Assembly: GCA_965235115.1 (NCBI GenBank)
Contig: OZ249436.1
Coordinates: forward strand, 19,158,001 to 19,222,000
Direction: 5' to 3'
DNA from: Laetmonice hystrix
Lineage: Eukaryota
DNA length: 64,000 nt
Shown piece after piece: positions 38,955-50,642 of the stretch. The translations under genes and the position numbers were made by a program. Within the stretch, counting starts at the first letter, position 1, and every line of letters begins with the position of its first letter. Under the pieces are notes generated by a model. It was given only the letters and a program-made list of their open reading frames with translations. It ran no database searches and was not told where the DNA came from.

Positions 38955-40758
38955 TCACTGATTGTTAGGGTCGTCTGCCCACAAGGTTTGCACGTCTCAG
39001 AAAGGTGTTACCAGCCACCAGAGGAACAAGTTCAATGGTTTCACTGATTGTTAGGGTCGTCTGCCCACAAGGTTTGCACGTCTCGGAAAGGTGTTACCAG
39101 CCACCAGAGGAACAAGTTCAATGGTTTCACTGATTGTTAGGGTCGTCTGCCCACAAGGTTTGCACGTCTCGGAAAGGTGTTACCAGCCACCAGAGGAACA
39201 AGTTCAATGGTTTCACTGATTGTTAGGGTCGTCTGCCCACAAGGTTTACACGTCTCGGAAAGGTGTTACCAGCCACCAGAGGAACAAGTTCAATGGTTTC
39301 ACTGATTGTTAGGGTCGTCTGCCCACAAGGTTTAGTCTCGGAAAGGTGTTACCAGCCACCAGAGGAACAAGTTCAATGGTTTCACTGATTGTTAGGGTCG
39401 TCTGCCCACAAGGTTTGCACGTCTCGGAAAGGTGTTACCAGCCACCAGAGGAACAAGTTCAATGGTTTCACTGATTGTTAGGGTCGTCTGCCCACAAGGT
39501 TTACACGTCTCAGAAAGGTGTTACCAGCCACCAGAGGAACAAGTTCAATGGTTTCACTGATTGTTAGGGTCGTCTGCCCACAAGGTTTACACGTCTCAGA
39601 AAGGTGTTACCAGCCACCAGAGGAACAAGTTCAATGGTTTCACTGATTGTTAGGGTCGTCTGCCCACAAGGTTTACACGTCTCGGAAAGGTGTTACCAGC
39701 CACCAGAGGAACAAGTTCAATGGTTTCACTGATTGTTAGGGTCGTCTGCCCACAAGGTTTACACGTCTCAGAAAGGTGTTACCAGCCACCAGAGGAACAA
39801 GTTCAATGGTTTCACTGATTGTTAGGGTCGTCTGCCCACAAGGTTTGCACGTCTCAGAAAGGTGTTACCAGCCAGCAGAGGAACAAGTTCAATGGTTTCA
39901 CTGATTGTTAGGGTCGTCTGCCCACAAGGTTTGCACGTCTCAGAAAGGTGTTACCAGCCACCAGAGGAACAAGTTCAATGGTTTCACTGATTGTTAGGGT
40001 CGTCTGCCCACAAGGTTTGCACGTCTCGGAAAGGTGTTACCAGCCACCAGAGGAACAAGTTCAATGGTTTCACTGATTGTTAGGGTCGTCTGCCCACAAG
40101 TTTACACGTCTCAGAAAGGTGTTACCAGCCACCAGAGGAACAAGTTCAATGGTTTCACTGATTGTTAGGGTCGTCTGCCCACAAGGTTTACGCGTCTCGG
40201 AAAGGTGTTACCAGCCACCAGAGGAACAAGTTCAATGGTTTCACTGATTGTTAGGGTCGTCTGCCCACAAGGTTTGCACGTCTCAGAAAGGTGTTACCAG
40301 CCACCAGAGGAACAAGTTCAATGGTTTCACTGATTGTTAGGGTCGTCTGCCCACAAGGTTTGCACGTCTCAGAAAGGTGTTACCAGCCACCAGAGGAACA
40401 AGTTCAATGGTTTCACTGATTGTTAGGGTCGTCTGCCCACAAGGTTTACACGTCTCAGAAAGGTGTTACCAGCCACCAGAGGAACAAGTTCAATGGTTTC
40501 ACTGATTGTTAGGGTCGTCTGCCCACAAGGTTTACACGTCTCAGAAAGGTGTTACCAGCCACCAGAGGAACAAGTTCAATGATTTCACTGATTGTTAGGG
40601 TCGTCTGCCCACAAGGTTTACACGTCTCGGAAAGGTGTTACCAGCCACCAGAGGAACAAGTTCAATGGTTTCACTGATTGTTAGGGTCGTCTGCCCACAA
40701 GGTTTGCACGTCTAAGAAAGGTGTTACCAGCCACCAGAGGAACAAGTTCAATGGTTTC
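38955..40758. repeat. 86-bp minisatellite, ~21 copies
   Basis: CACTGATTGTTAGGGTCGTCTGCCCACAAGG...GTTCAATGGTTT; highly homogeneous. Confidence 0.98.
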
Positions 40759-40911
40759 AGAGTCAGGAAGCCCACAGCCGACCTCGTCCATTGCCCCATA
40801 CCACGTGGTGTTGACAAGCTAAATGGCGTCCCGTCGAGAGTCTATTGGCCAGCTCGCTAGGGGGCGTGCATCATTTACCAAGCCTCGAGGGGGGTCCGCC
40901 CAACCAACCAA

Positions 40912-41050
40912 CCTTCTCCACGGCGGAGGGCGTCGTGGGGCTGTGCTCTCCACGGCGGAGGGCGTCATGGGGCTGTGCTCTCCACGGCTGAGGGCGTCAT
41001 GGGGCTGTACTCTCCACGGCAGAGGGCGTCATGGGGCTGTGCTCTCCATG
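40912..41050. repeat. ~31-32-bp tandem repeat x4
   Basis: CTCTCCACGGCGGAGGGCGTCATGGGGCTGTG. Confidence 0.88.
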
Positions 41051-42892
41051 GCAAGGGGAATAAGGGGACTGTTCGCGTTTACCTGGGCCGTGGACTATAC
41101 ACGGTTCGAAGGTAGTACCTACGGCAACCACCAGGGGGCCAGTGGCGTCACGTGACGTCATGTGAATTGACGCGCGGTTCGCCTGTCACACCTCCGTAGA
41201 AAAGACCCGCGATGGTGGCGGAGGCGGGGGGGGGGGGTAGAGGGGGCAGAGGGGATGGGGGGATAGGAACGGGGGGGGGGGTAGAGAGATAGTGTCGATG
41301 ACGGCAGCGTGCCCCATCTTTCTCCTCCCCCTCTCCCAGCTGGTTCTTCTCATCTACCTATAACTTTCTTTGTTTTTTTCTTGCTCTTTCTTAATACCAC
41401 GATTTAAAATAATATATGTTACATAACCTTCCATCGCCCTATCACTGTTTACTTCTCCCCACAACTATCATAATTATCCTGGTTTCTCTCCTCATCCCTC
41501 ACAGTCGTTGCGCGAATAGAACGATCTTCTTTTTGATGTTGGTTGATACACATGCGGGGAATGAATGTCTTGATGATTTAATGAAAGTTTACCGCCGCCA
41601 GAGGTCGCGACCACACGTCAACCAATCCCTTCTGATTGACAGATTCCCCTCGTCACGTGACCGAAATAGAACGTTGGTCCATTGCTCCCGCAGAGACGGC
41701 GTTCTCGCCGAATCTCGTCCGACGTGCGAGGGTCTGTTCTAATTGGCCGCGGCTGTAACTCAACACGTCGAGTATCGTCCTGCGCATGCGTAAAGCTGCC
41801 CCGTTCACCAGGGCACGTGCCAGACGGCAGCCCATGTACAACATGTCGGACCAGGGGGTCCGGATTCATCAGTCCACCCCTGAGAGAGAGTCCAGAAAGT
41901 CCTGACACGGAGTCACCTGGATGGGGATCTGTGAAAGACTGCCTCCGATTCCCAGCCCGTCAGTCGACCAATCGTCCACTCATCTACCTGGGCCACGCTC
42001 ATGGTACACATACAGACATATCGGCTGTCAATTGTGGCAGGCTGCTGGTATGACAGCAATGCCGGCAAACATGAACGATTGGCAAAAGTAGTTTTTAGGT
42101 TAGAGAATGTACCTTAGCTTTGGCCCGGCATTTGCGGCTTGATAAGATCGAGTATCACAGCCCAGGAAACATAAAAATTACTTGTAACGACCCCTGGGTG
42201 TATACCTCTCGAGACCCCTCATGTCCTGCGCAATAAACTGGTTTAGACGAGTCGCTGACGCCAGCGCCGCCTAGCGGGAGGATGAGGAGACAGCCGGGTG
42301 TGTATGAAGTATGGATCACCGGTCACACCCGGTGACGGATCACCTCGTCAATCTGCGGTGACGATCCGGGCTCCGTCAGTAAATAGAGCCGAGTCAGGCC
42401 AGAATTACCATAGATAGGACGTCTTCTGGGGCGTCGGGAAACCATTACCTGGTCACTGATGGCTTCATATCAAACACCCTCCCTACTCCTACCCCCACCC
42501 CAACCACTGTGACCCCCATCCCCACCTCGATCTCCCTAGTGACTCCAACCCCCTCCCGCTGTAACCCCCCACGCTAACCAACCCTTCTCACTGTAATCCC
42601 CATCCCCCCTCCCCTCCCATTGTAGCCCCACCCCCAACACACCCCTCCCACTATAACCCCCCAACCCACCCCTCTCATAATGACCCCCACCCCGGCAAGA
42701 CTTTTCCCAGGGACACACGATCGAAGTGATCAGGGTCCGGCGCATAAGTTGCCGTTCCAAAGCATTTTCTTTGGAGAAGTTGCCGGGATCGGTGCGAGCC
42801 TTGTTGGTCTTCATGTGGAGTGAGTGTCAAGTCATGTCGAATTATCTCCACCCCCCCCCCCCCCAAACCGGGTACCAGAAGGCCAAGACTGC

Positions 42893-43115
42893 CCCCATAC
42901 CGACCCTCACCATACTGACCCTTACCATACCGACCCTCACCATACCGACCCTCACCATACTGACCTTCACCATACTGACCCTCACCATACAGAAACGACC
43001 CTCACCATACTGACCCTCACCATACTGACCCTCACCATACTGACCCTCACCATACCGAAACGACCCTCACCATACTGACCCTCACCATACTGACCCTTAC
43101 CATACCGACATGACC
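42893..43115. repeat. 15-bp tandem repeat (CCCTCACCATACTGA)
   Basis: Direct inspection; occasional GAAAC insertions. Confidence 0.92.
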
Positions 43116-43842
43116 CTCCCATGCCCCTCACCGTACCATACCCCCCCTGCATGACGTCCGACGGTCAACCTCAGCCTGTTGACGATGTTCTCCGCTAGAG
43201 GCCGCCAGTGTCGCCAGCTGTCCCTACACCAAGTGGTGGACAAAGAAAGTGTGTCCGGATTGCGAGGTATACCAGCATACTGTCCAATCTCACATGAGGG
43301 CTTGTGACCCTTCATCTGCAGCCCCCCCTCCCACCAGTCTCCCAGTGTGACCAACTGGCGCGTTTTTGTGACCCCTGGGGTCAGAGGAGCGTCTTTCTCC
43401 TGTTCCCCTCGGTCAGTTTGAGACATCGATACATCAGGATGCAAGGGTCTGCAGACAGACGTGTCCATCCAGCATACTGATGGCTGGGTTGGGGTAGGAA
43501 AAAACTTCCCAGGGGGTTGTAAAAAATAATCCCGAAATCATAGTCCGCAGGATGGTGAAGGTGAGCTAAGGCTGACCGCCGAGGGTAGCATTTGCCCCGA
43601 TATTGGGGTTATATTTAGGGGTTGACTATTTCAGAATTAGGCTTGGAGCTAGGAGAGAGCTCTTACCATCAAACCTTTAGGAGATGTTACTAAGGTAGAA
43701 CGTACGGAGGGTGGTGTACGGGAAGGCGTATACCCTGGCACACGAGAGTTTGACTAGATCCGTATACCACAACAGGCCGTTGGCCTCGAGTGGTATACAG
43801 ATCTAACGTTATCAACCAACGAGCGGCATGATCGCGATAATC

Positions 43843-44312
43843 AGTGAGTCACGGCCGGTGAGGGAGTCACGGCCGGTGAGGGAGTCACGGCCGGTAAGGG
43901 GGTCATGGCCGGTGAGGGAGTCACGGCCGGTGAGGGAGTCACGGCTGGTGAGGAAGTCACGGCTGGGAGTCACGGTCCGAGGGTCGGTGAGTGAGTCACG
44001 GCTGGTGAGGGGGTCACGGCTGGGAGTCACGGTCAGTGAGTGAGTCACGGCCGGTGAGTGAGTCACGGCCGGTGAGTGAGTCACGGCTGGTGAGGGAGTC
44101 ACGGCTGGGAGTCACGGTCCGAGGGTCGGTGAGTGAGTCACGGCTGGTGAGGGGGTCACGGCTGGGAGTCACGGTCAGTGAGTGAGTCACGGCCGGTGAG
44201 GGAGTCACGGCTGGGAGTCACGGCTGGGAGTCACGGCTGGGAGTCACGGCCGGTGAGGGAGTCACGGCTGGGAGTCACGGCTGGGAGTCACGGCCGGTGA
44301 GGGAGTCACGGA
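43843..44312. repeat. 13/18-bp composite repeat (GAGTCACGGCCGGTGAGG / GAGTCACGGCTGG)
   Basis: Direct inspection. Confidence 0.93.
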
Positions 44313-44522
44313 CCACCGGTCGGACACCTGTCACGCCTGGCCCCCGACGATGATTAACGATCGTGCCGTAATGGAGCGTCAGGATCGAGATGACAGCCTC
44401 GCTATGGCCACTGAGCGCCTGAAAACACGCGCCGAGCGAGAGGTGGCGAGGACCCATTACCCAGGAGGCCACGCGCGGCCAACCTCTCGGCAGACGATGG
44501 CAGACAAACGAGCAGCTCTTAC

Positions 44523-44655
44523 CTCGGCGACAGGGGGTAAACTGTATAACGGGCAGGAGGTCAGCCAAGCCAAGAGCTGTCAGTGACAGGCACAGGTATA
44601 CGAGAACACGCACAGTGCTTCCTCCAAACACTGGGAAGATGGTTGCCATGCCTTC
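44523..44655 (-). CDS. candidate exon with ATG at 44649 encoding a signal-peptide-like segment (MATIFPVFGGSTVRVLVYLCLSLTALGLA-DLLPVIQFTPCRR)
   Basis: Acceptor TTATTTCATGGTTGTTCAG, donor GAG|GTAAGA. Only one open frame; ATG context GGCATGG; hydrophobic core followed by small residues. Confidence 0.62.
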
Positions 44656-45081
44656 CTGAACAACCATGAAATAATAAATCTGACATGATTATGTATCTGT
44701 CCACGGTTGGTGTGGTCTATATACACAACCAGTATCACCACGCAGTGCTTCATCCAGACGTGACGTACACACCAACATCTGTAGCGGTCTAAGTTACTCT
44801 TGGTCAACATCACTCCCCGAGCTCCTCAAACAGACAATACCGGAAACAGAAGTGGCAGCGGATTCTTTCCTGCTTAAATGACCATCATGGTGGTTGCAAA
44901 TAAAAAGGTATCCGTTTGTATTCGCGTCAACCTCATAAAACATTGCAAGATACAAATTAAGGCATTTCCTCTGCCACAGAAAAATGGACTTTAGAAGGTA
45001 CTTCACTCTTAACGAACAGAATCACCATCGCACCAATCTCCATTTGACGTGTTCACAATGTCCCGTCTTCATGGACTCCCG

Positions 45082-45340
45082 AGAAAGAGAGATAGAGAGA
45101 TAGAGAGAGAGCAAGAGAGACAGATAGAGAGCGAGAGAGAGAGCGAGAGAGACAGACAGACAGAGAGAGCGAGAGAGAGAACGAGCGTGAGAGAGAAAGA
45201 GAGAAAGAGAGTCAGAGAGCGAGAAACAGCGAGAGAGGGAGGGCGAGAAAGACAGAGACACAGAGCCAGAAACAGCGAGAGAGGGCGAGCGAGAGAGACA
45301 GAGACAGACAGAGAGAGACAGACAGAGACAAACAGAGTCA
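45082..45340. repeat. AG-rich compound microsatellite
   Basis: Direct inspection. Confidence 0.92.
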
Positions 45341-47179
45341 GGCAATGTTTCCTGGGGTTCTCCTGGGTTCACGCAGAACACGCGGATCCCAGGACAGACC
45401 GCTAGGTGATGCTACAATCGCCACCACTAGGCGGCGCTGATGTCGGGTGGCGACATGGTGGAAATAATGCTCGTCATAAAGCCGTGAATGAAAGCGCCTC
45501 GAGGAAATGATGAGGTATTAATACGTAAAAAATGTCTGAATCATCGGGCTCTGCCACCCCCAGGTGGGACTGGCTTGATATCATCAGGATCGGCTGATGA
45601 GTGCCGGTGAGGGATAGCGGCGGTCAAATTAAATCTGAGATGGTATTTAGAGTTATGTGTGTGGTAGCTTTGTCTGAGAATAACTTCTGTGACGGGGACG
45701 AGGAAGTTATTATTTCCATTCGCATCATCAGTGTTTGATCATCCTGCAGGCAATTAAGAGGCGCATTCTACAAACATGCAACGAAATTCTCTTAGCAAAA
45801 GTGCCAGTGATATGTATAAACCAATATTCCGGGCTGAGTCATAAAAATAACAATATTGGCCCTAATCCAGACCAACGCTTGGACTCAAACATCTTCCAAT
45901 CTTAAAGCAAACAGAGATCGCCACATTGAGTGCATGTCTGGGTTCCCATCGAAAGATCTGTGAAGCTCAACGATTGTAGCTTGTATGTTTGTTGTTTTGT
46001 TATTGTTGTTGCTTCTGCTGCTTATTCTCGTTCTTATATTTTTCTTATTTTCTTGATTGTCTGTCTTTCTCCTATTGTACAGTTAGTGATATACCCTGAT
46101 CACATCAGCTGTACCCCACCCCCTATACCCACCCCACCCCTACCGAGCGCCCTGCCCCCTTCAGAGATACCCTTAACTTCCATTTGAAGATTGAAACCCT
46201 TCGCCCCCACCCCACACTCAAGCGATAACGTAATTAGGCGGGAGGTCGCCACAATACTGCAATCAACCTGGGCCCACTCCGAGTGGCAATTTGTGAACGG
46301 TCGTTCGGCAGATTACGGCAAACCGTCGCCTTATTGGGACAAATGTGCTCTGTCCCGCGGGAGGCCACACACACCGTGTGCAATAGGTAATTGACAGCGC
46401 TGACAATTGGCAGCACTGTGAATGGCAGGAAAAAGGTGATGTGACTCTTGCTCAAAAGGTCGATTTTTTCAGATTCTGACCTGGCCGAAAAACAACTTAA
46501 ACCCAACAAAAACGAAAACAAAGCACGAAAAAGAAGCCCAAAAGATCCATGCCACAACCTTTTAGGATGTTTTCTTTTTTCTAAAATATGATCCCAGAGC
46601 AACAGTTATGGTGGTTGCAACAACAGATGGCAAACAGAGGGTAAATCTATGACAACTGTGTTACAGTGCTAGAGCAGTACCTGCCGGCATGACACAGCAA
46701 TAGACCGACAAACCCCCACCCCCGCCATACCATGCCACTATGTCGAGGTGGGACATTTGAAATTCATGAAATTCTTTCGAGAGATATCCTTGAGGATAAT
46801 CGTATAGCCACAGAGCGGATGGACACAGTGAGGCCGGAGGAGTGAACCGGTCACCGACGAGATTACGGCAGCCACCCACAACCCTTTTTAATAGGTTGTA
46901 AGGTTGCACTGAGGCTGACTGAGGATATGAGGTTCGAGTACTGAGAGCTAGCACAGCACATCCGCAGCCTAGTGTGATCAATGTGGTGTCAAATCAAACA
47001 AAAAAGTAATGGATGTAAATAAATAATAAAAGAGGAAATTGTTTTAATTTTAATGGCGATTAAAATAGGTCATTGGAGCTCTCTGTCCAATGACACATAG
47101 AGTAGGTCTGCTGTTAGTCTGGCGGTCATAGGATGGAATCATGACAGTTAAACTGTGTCAGAATTTATATAACACTCAC

Positions 47180-47268
47180 CTGCTCAAAGCCGGGCCCGCG
47201 CAAAAGTCTATCTGGCTTAATGAGAACAAATGATCCCAAATATTCCTCAAGGTAAAGGTTTTTGTGGC
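47180..47268 (-). CDS. candidate exon (HKNLYLEEYLGSFVLIKPDRLLRGPGFEQ) or 3' part of a non-coding first exon
   Basis: Consensus donor CAG|GTGAGT at 47180; T-rich acceptor TTTGGTTTGTGGTTAG; phase 1>0 fits exon 44655. Confidence 0.45.
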
Positions 47269-47404
47269 CTAACCACAAACCAAACTAATTGAGCGCTTTG
47301 CTATGCTTCGACAGAGGAGGTCCCGTCATCAGAACATCTTATCAAATCCCCTCGGAGCAGATTGCTACCAAAGAACGTTGCATACAAGATGAGGCGCAGG
47401 GTAA

Positions 47405-47545
47405 TCTTTGGATTTCGACGTCGCCGCGTGACGTGACGTGACGTTATTTGACGTCAAACGCCGCCATGTCGATTTCTCGCGCGTCCTGCTGTCAGTCTTA
47501 ATTTCTTATTAATAAAACACGCGGCTTTTACGTCAGAGGTAAGTA
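47405..47545. promoter_or_regulatory. putative (bidirectional) promoter element
   Basis: CpG-dense; CGTGACGTGACGTGACGT, TGACGTCA (CRE) and CGCCGCCATGT (YY1-like). Flanked by divergent consensus donors (- at 47180, + GAG|GTAAGT at 47538). Confidence 0.45.
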
Positions 47546-47844
47546 GCACAATTTCGTATTCTCTACCAGATACGGTTAACTGGGAATGCGCCAGCACCCG
47601 ACGACCGTAAGATGCGTCTACGGCATTTTTCTAAAACCATATTAGTTTTGAATCATAATGAACATTAAATAATCCACCGCGAAAACAACGAAGTCTTTAG
47701 GAATTAAAGACTGCAAAATAACATAATCATAAGCCAGCCATAATATCATGATCCCAAAGCAGGTTTTACATAAGAAATATCTTGAAAGATAGAGACAGCT
47801 GATGCATTAAGGACACCTTGCTGCTTTCTTAGAGAACTCATTAC

Positions 47845-47933
47845 CATGGCGTTTGTTCTTGGTTTCAAAGAATGCATCTCTGAGGTGCTGCCACCTGGAT
47901 TGCAGTTGGGAATTTAAACCAGTGTTTCCTTGT
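47845..47933 (-). CDS. possible upstream exon (QGNTGLNSQLQSRWQHLRDAFFETKNKRH)
   Basis: Donor ATG|GTAATG; the phase-1 end fits exon 47268. The stronger acceptor 20 nt upstream gives stops in all frames. Confidence 0.28.
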
Positions 47934-48230
47934 CTATGATGGGTTTATTAAAACTGACATGGAAAAATGTTAAAAAATTGCACAAATATTCTGAAACGTA
48001 ATAGGCATTTCTGAAAAGGTGCAATTTTCATCTTAAATGTCGACAGGAATGCTTGCCGAGTATCTACATTAATATAAATGGGGAATTTTGAGTTGGGGAA
48101 ATAAAGCTTTCTGTTTATTCTCCAGGTTCTTTTCTTCTAAGGTGTGTTCCTCAACAGGTCCAAAGTGGGGGTGGGGAATAATATTGGGAGAGTGAGAGCT
48201 AAGGGATTCCCTGAGATGCCCAGACCTTAA

Positions 48231-48758
48231 AGGGGCATGCTATGAAACACGTTTTGGAGGATTTCCGGCAATTATCCAACATGACCGTGTACTAGGGATC
48301 CAAGTAAATAATCCTACCACAGCATTTTGTCCTCCGACGTATTTTCGCTGCGTATGCAGCATAAGTAGGTTCTATACAACCCGACGCATAGATTTCTCCC
48401 AATAGCACATCTCCCGCCATAATTTGGTAGACAACCTCCCATCAACCCGTGTAATCACGTACTGCGTCACATCCTGCGTGTGCACTCTCTGCATGTGCTT
48501 AGTCACGTGTTTTGCTTAGATGTAAACAATTCAGCAGTTGCACTCGATCGTCGGGCATCAGAATGCCACCCAAAAAATATTTTGCGAAATCGGCGGAGAA
48601 GCGGGCAAGGGAGCTTTATAAACTTTGATTTCTGACGCAAAATGAAACTGATAAGTCTGTCTTTGTTTACCAAGCAATTTTAATGAAGGATCTCTTTATG
48701 AAAACAGCAAAAGTTCTTTGAAATACCGATTTTTCACGTTTTCTCATAATATGCCCCT
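48231..48758 (-). mobile_element. non-autonomous Kolobok-type DNA transposon, copy 2 (528 bp, inverted)
   Basis: TTAA|AGGGGCATGC ... ATATGCCCCT|TTAA; both terminal regions match copy 1 in reverse complement. Confidence 0.8.
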
Positions 48759-49074
48759 TTAAACCCACATCAAACTGTCGGAACAGAGGGCCCCTTCTCC
48801 ATCTGTCGGCTGCCTACCCATAGACCTTAAATAGTTTCTGAAACACTTTCGTCATGTGACCTCTTTAGTTTATATAACGTTACGATGGTTGTATTTGGTG
48901 TGTGTGTGTGTGTGTGTGTGGGGGGGGGGGGTGACGTAGGTTTGGGCTGGAAGGGATAGGAGGCGGTCAGAAAAGGCCAGAGAATACTCAGGGAGTTAGA
49001 TGAGCAAGCCTGCATGCATGGGGACTGCTAGATTATCGAAGAAATTCTGAAACACAGACCACTTTAAAGAAAAA

Positions 49075-49316
49075 AGAACATTGTAAAACACTCAAATTGA
49101 CATTGGGAAATATCGCCTCATTGTAAAACACCGCCCATAAAACACATGGAATTGTAAAACATTGGCCATTCGAAAACCCAACCCGTTGAAAACCCGCCCA
49201 ATGTAAAACACTGACCACTGTAAAACACTTGTCATAGGGAAAACACTTGCCAGTGTAAATCACTTGCCATTATAAAACACTTGCAATCGGAAAACACCTG
49301 CCATTGTAAAATACAG
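49075..49316. repeat. old degenerate ~20-25-bp repeat (CCATTGTAAAACAC core)
   Basis: Core recurs about 10 times with divergent linkers. Confidence 0.75.
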
Positions 49317-49971
49317 GCTATTGTTGCCAGTACAAATGAAGGGCTGTATACCGGTAAGTCTGTGCGTCTTCACCACCATACAGCTCAGACGTAACGCACC
49401 TGCGCACCTCGGCGACAAACGATCTCCAGTGAATTCGTCCAGTGCTGACTCTACCGGATCATTGAGACCATCTGGAGGCATATTCAACGGCTTTTCAAGG
49501 TCAAGCGTTCACACGCAGGCACCCATTGTGTTTCCAAAATGCCTGCTAACATCTGTGCGTACAGAGATGAGAATAAGGATATATTTCTGTGAATAGAAAT
49601 AAGATAACGGACAGACTCTGCACGCAAGTAAACAATGACTTGAGGCTGTAAGACGCGGGATCATGTGGACATGCTGGCGAGGGTAGCGTCCCTCGCTGCT
49701 ACACTTAGCGAGTTTGTCTGGGCGTGGGTGGGGTGGGGTGTTGGTGCAGGGCTCTGTGGCTTGATGGTTCCTGACAAAAGCCTGTAGGGCCTCTCGGCTC
49801 TAGGTTAGAACCCATTTCGTGCCTTAAATGAGATGCTTCAGTGACTTGCTGCAAGGTCAGTGGGGACCCCGGTACTCCACTTGTCTAGGCGTTAAACGTG
49901 CCTGCCAGTTTTTTTCAATGACCGACCATTCCTGGGTCTTACCATTCATTTAACTCAAGTAGTATCATATC

Positions 49972-50126
49972 NNNNNNNNNNNNNNNNNNNNNNNNNNNNN
50001 NNNNNNNNNNNNNNNNNNNNNNNNNNNNNNNNNNNNNNNNNNNNNNNNNNNNNNNNNNNNNNNNNNNNNNNNNNNNNNNNNNNNNNNNNNNNNNNNNNNN
50101 NNNNNNNNNNNNNNNNNNNNNNNNNN
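49972..50126. other. assembly gap (N run)
   Basis: N characters. Confidence 1.
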
Positions 50127-50642
50127 TCTCACCCCGGTACTATGGCCGACGTTCCCGGCTGGCGGGCGCCGGGACGCCACCTATCGGAGTCAGAGCGTGA
50201 AATCTTTCCGACAACATTGGCACACACCAACACCGCTTCTTCACCCTAGGCTGTACGTCCGCCAGGCCGTATCACACCTGGCCGGCGTGCTGTGATCCTC
50301 CGCCAAGGGAATGAGGGCCAAGGTTGGAACGTTTACAGGAACACCGATGGCCTGCCGTAATTATATCAACTTTGGTCCTCATCACGACTAACTCAGTTTT
50401 CTGGGTCGGTCGCTCACGTATACAATCTGCGTTTTCCTAATAACGCTATTGTCACAGCATGTCCCCGGGAGGAGATGAAACGCCATCTAACGGATAATTA
50501 TGGCGAGAGGATCCGCTGAACACTGATCAGTTCAGAGCGTCTCAAGAGACGCTGGGTCAGTGTCAGTCCCGTCTCGGGCCGACAACTTTGAACTTTCTCT
50601 GGCGGCTTGAGGGTCAATGTTGTTTATTGGATTATTGTATTA

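Larger units (their letters stand above)
6960..47268 (-). other. putative multi-exon protein-coding gene of unknown family (secreted or membrane protein)
   Basis: Exons with canonical AG/GT sites join in compatible phase: 47268-47180 (1>0), 44655-44523 (0>1), 35941-35888 (1>1), 31691-31642 (1>0), [30402-30303 (0>1)], 21741/21746-21617 (0 or 1>2), 20928-20876 (2>1), 7453-6960 (1>stop). Manual inference; alternative joins exist. Confidence 0.5.

Noticed and set aside
1908-40758. CRISPR-like appearance of the 30-86-bp repeat arrays
   Set aside because: Units are head-to-tail with no unique spacers, there are no cas genes, and the context is eukaryotic.
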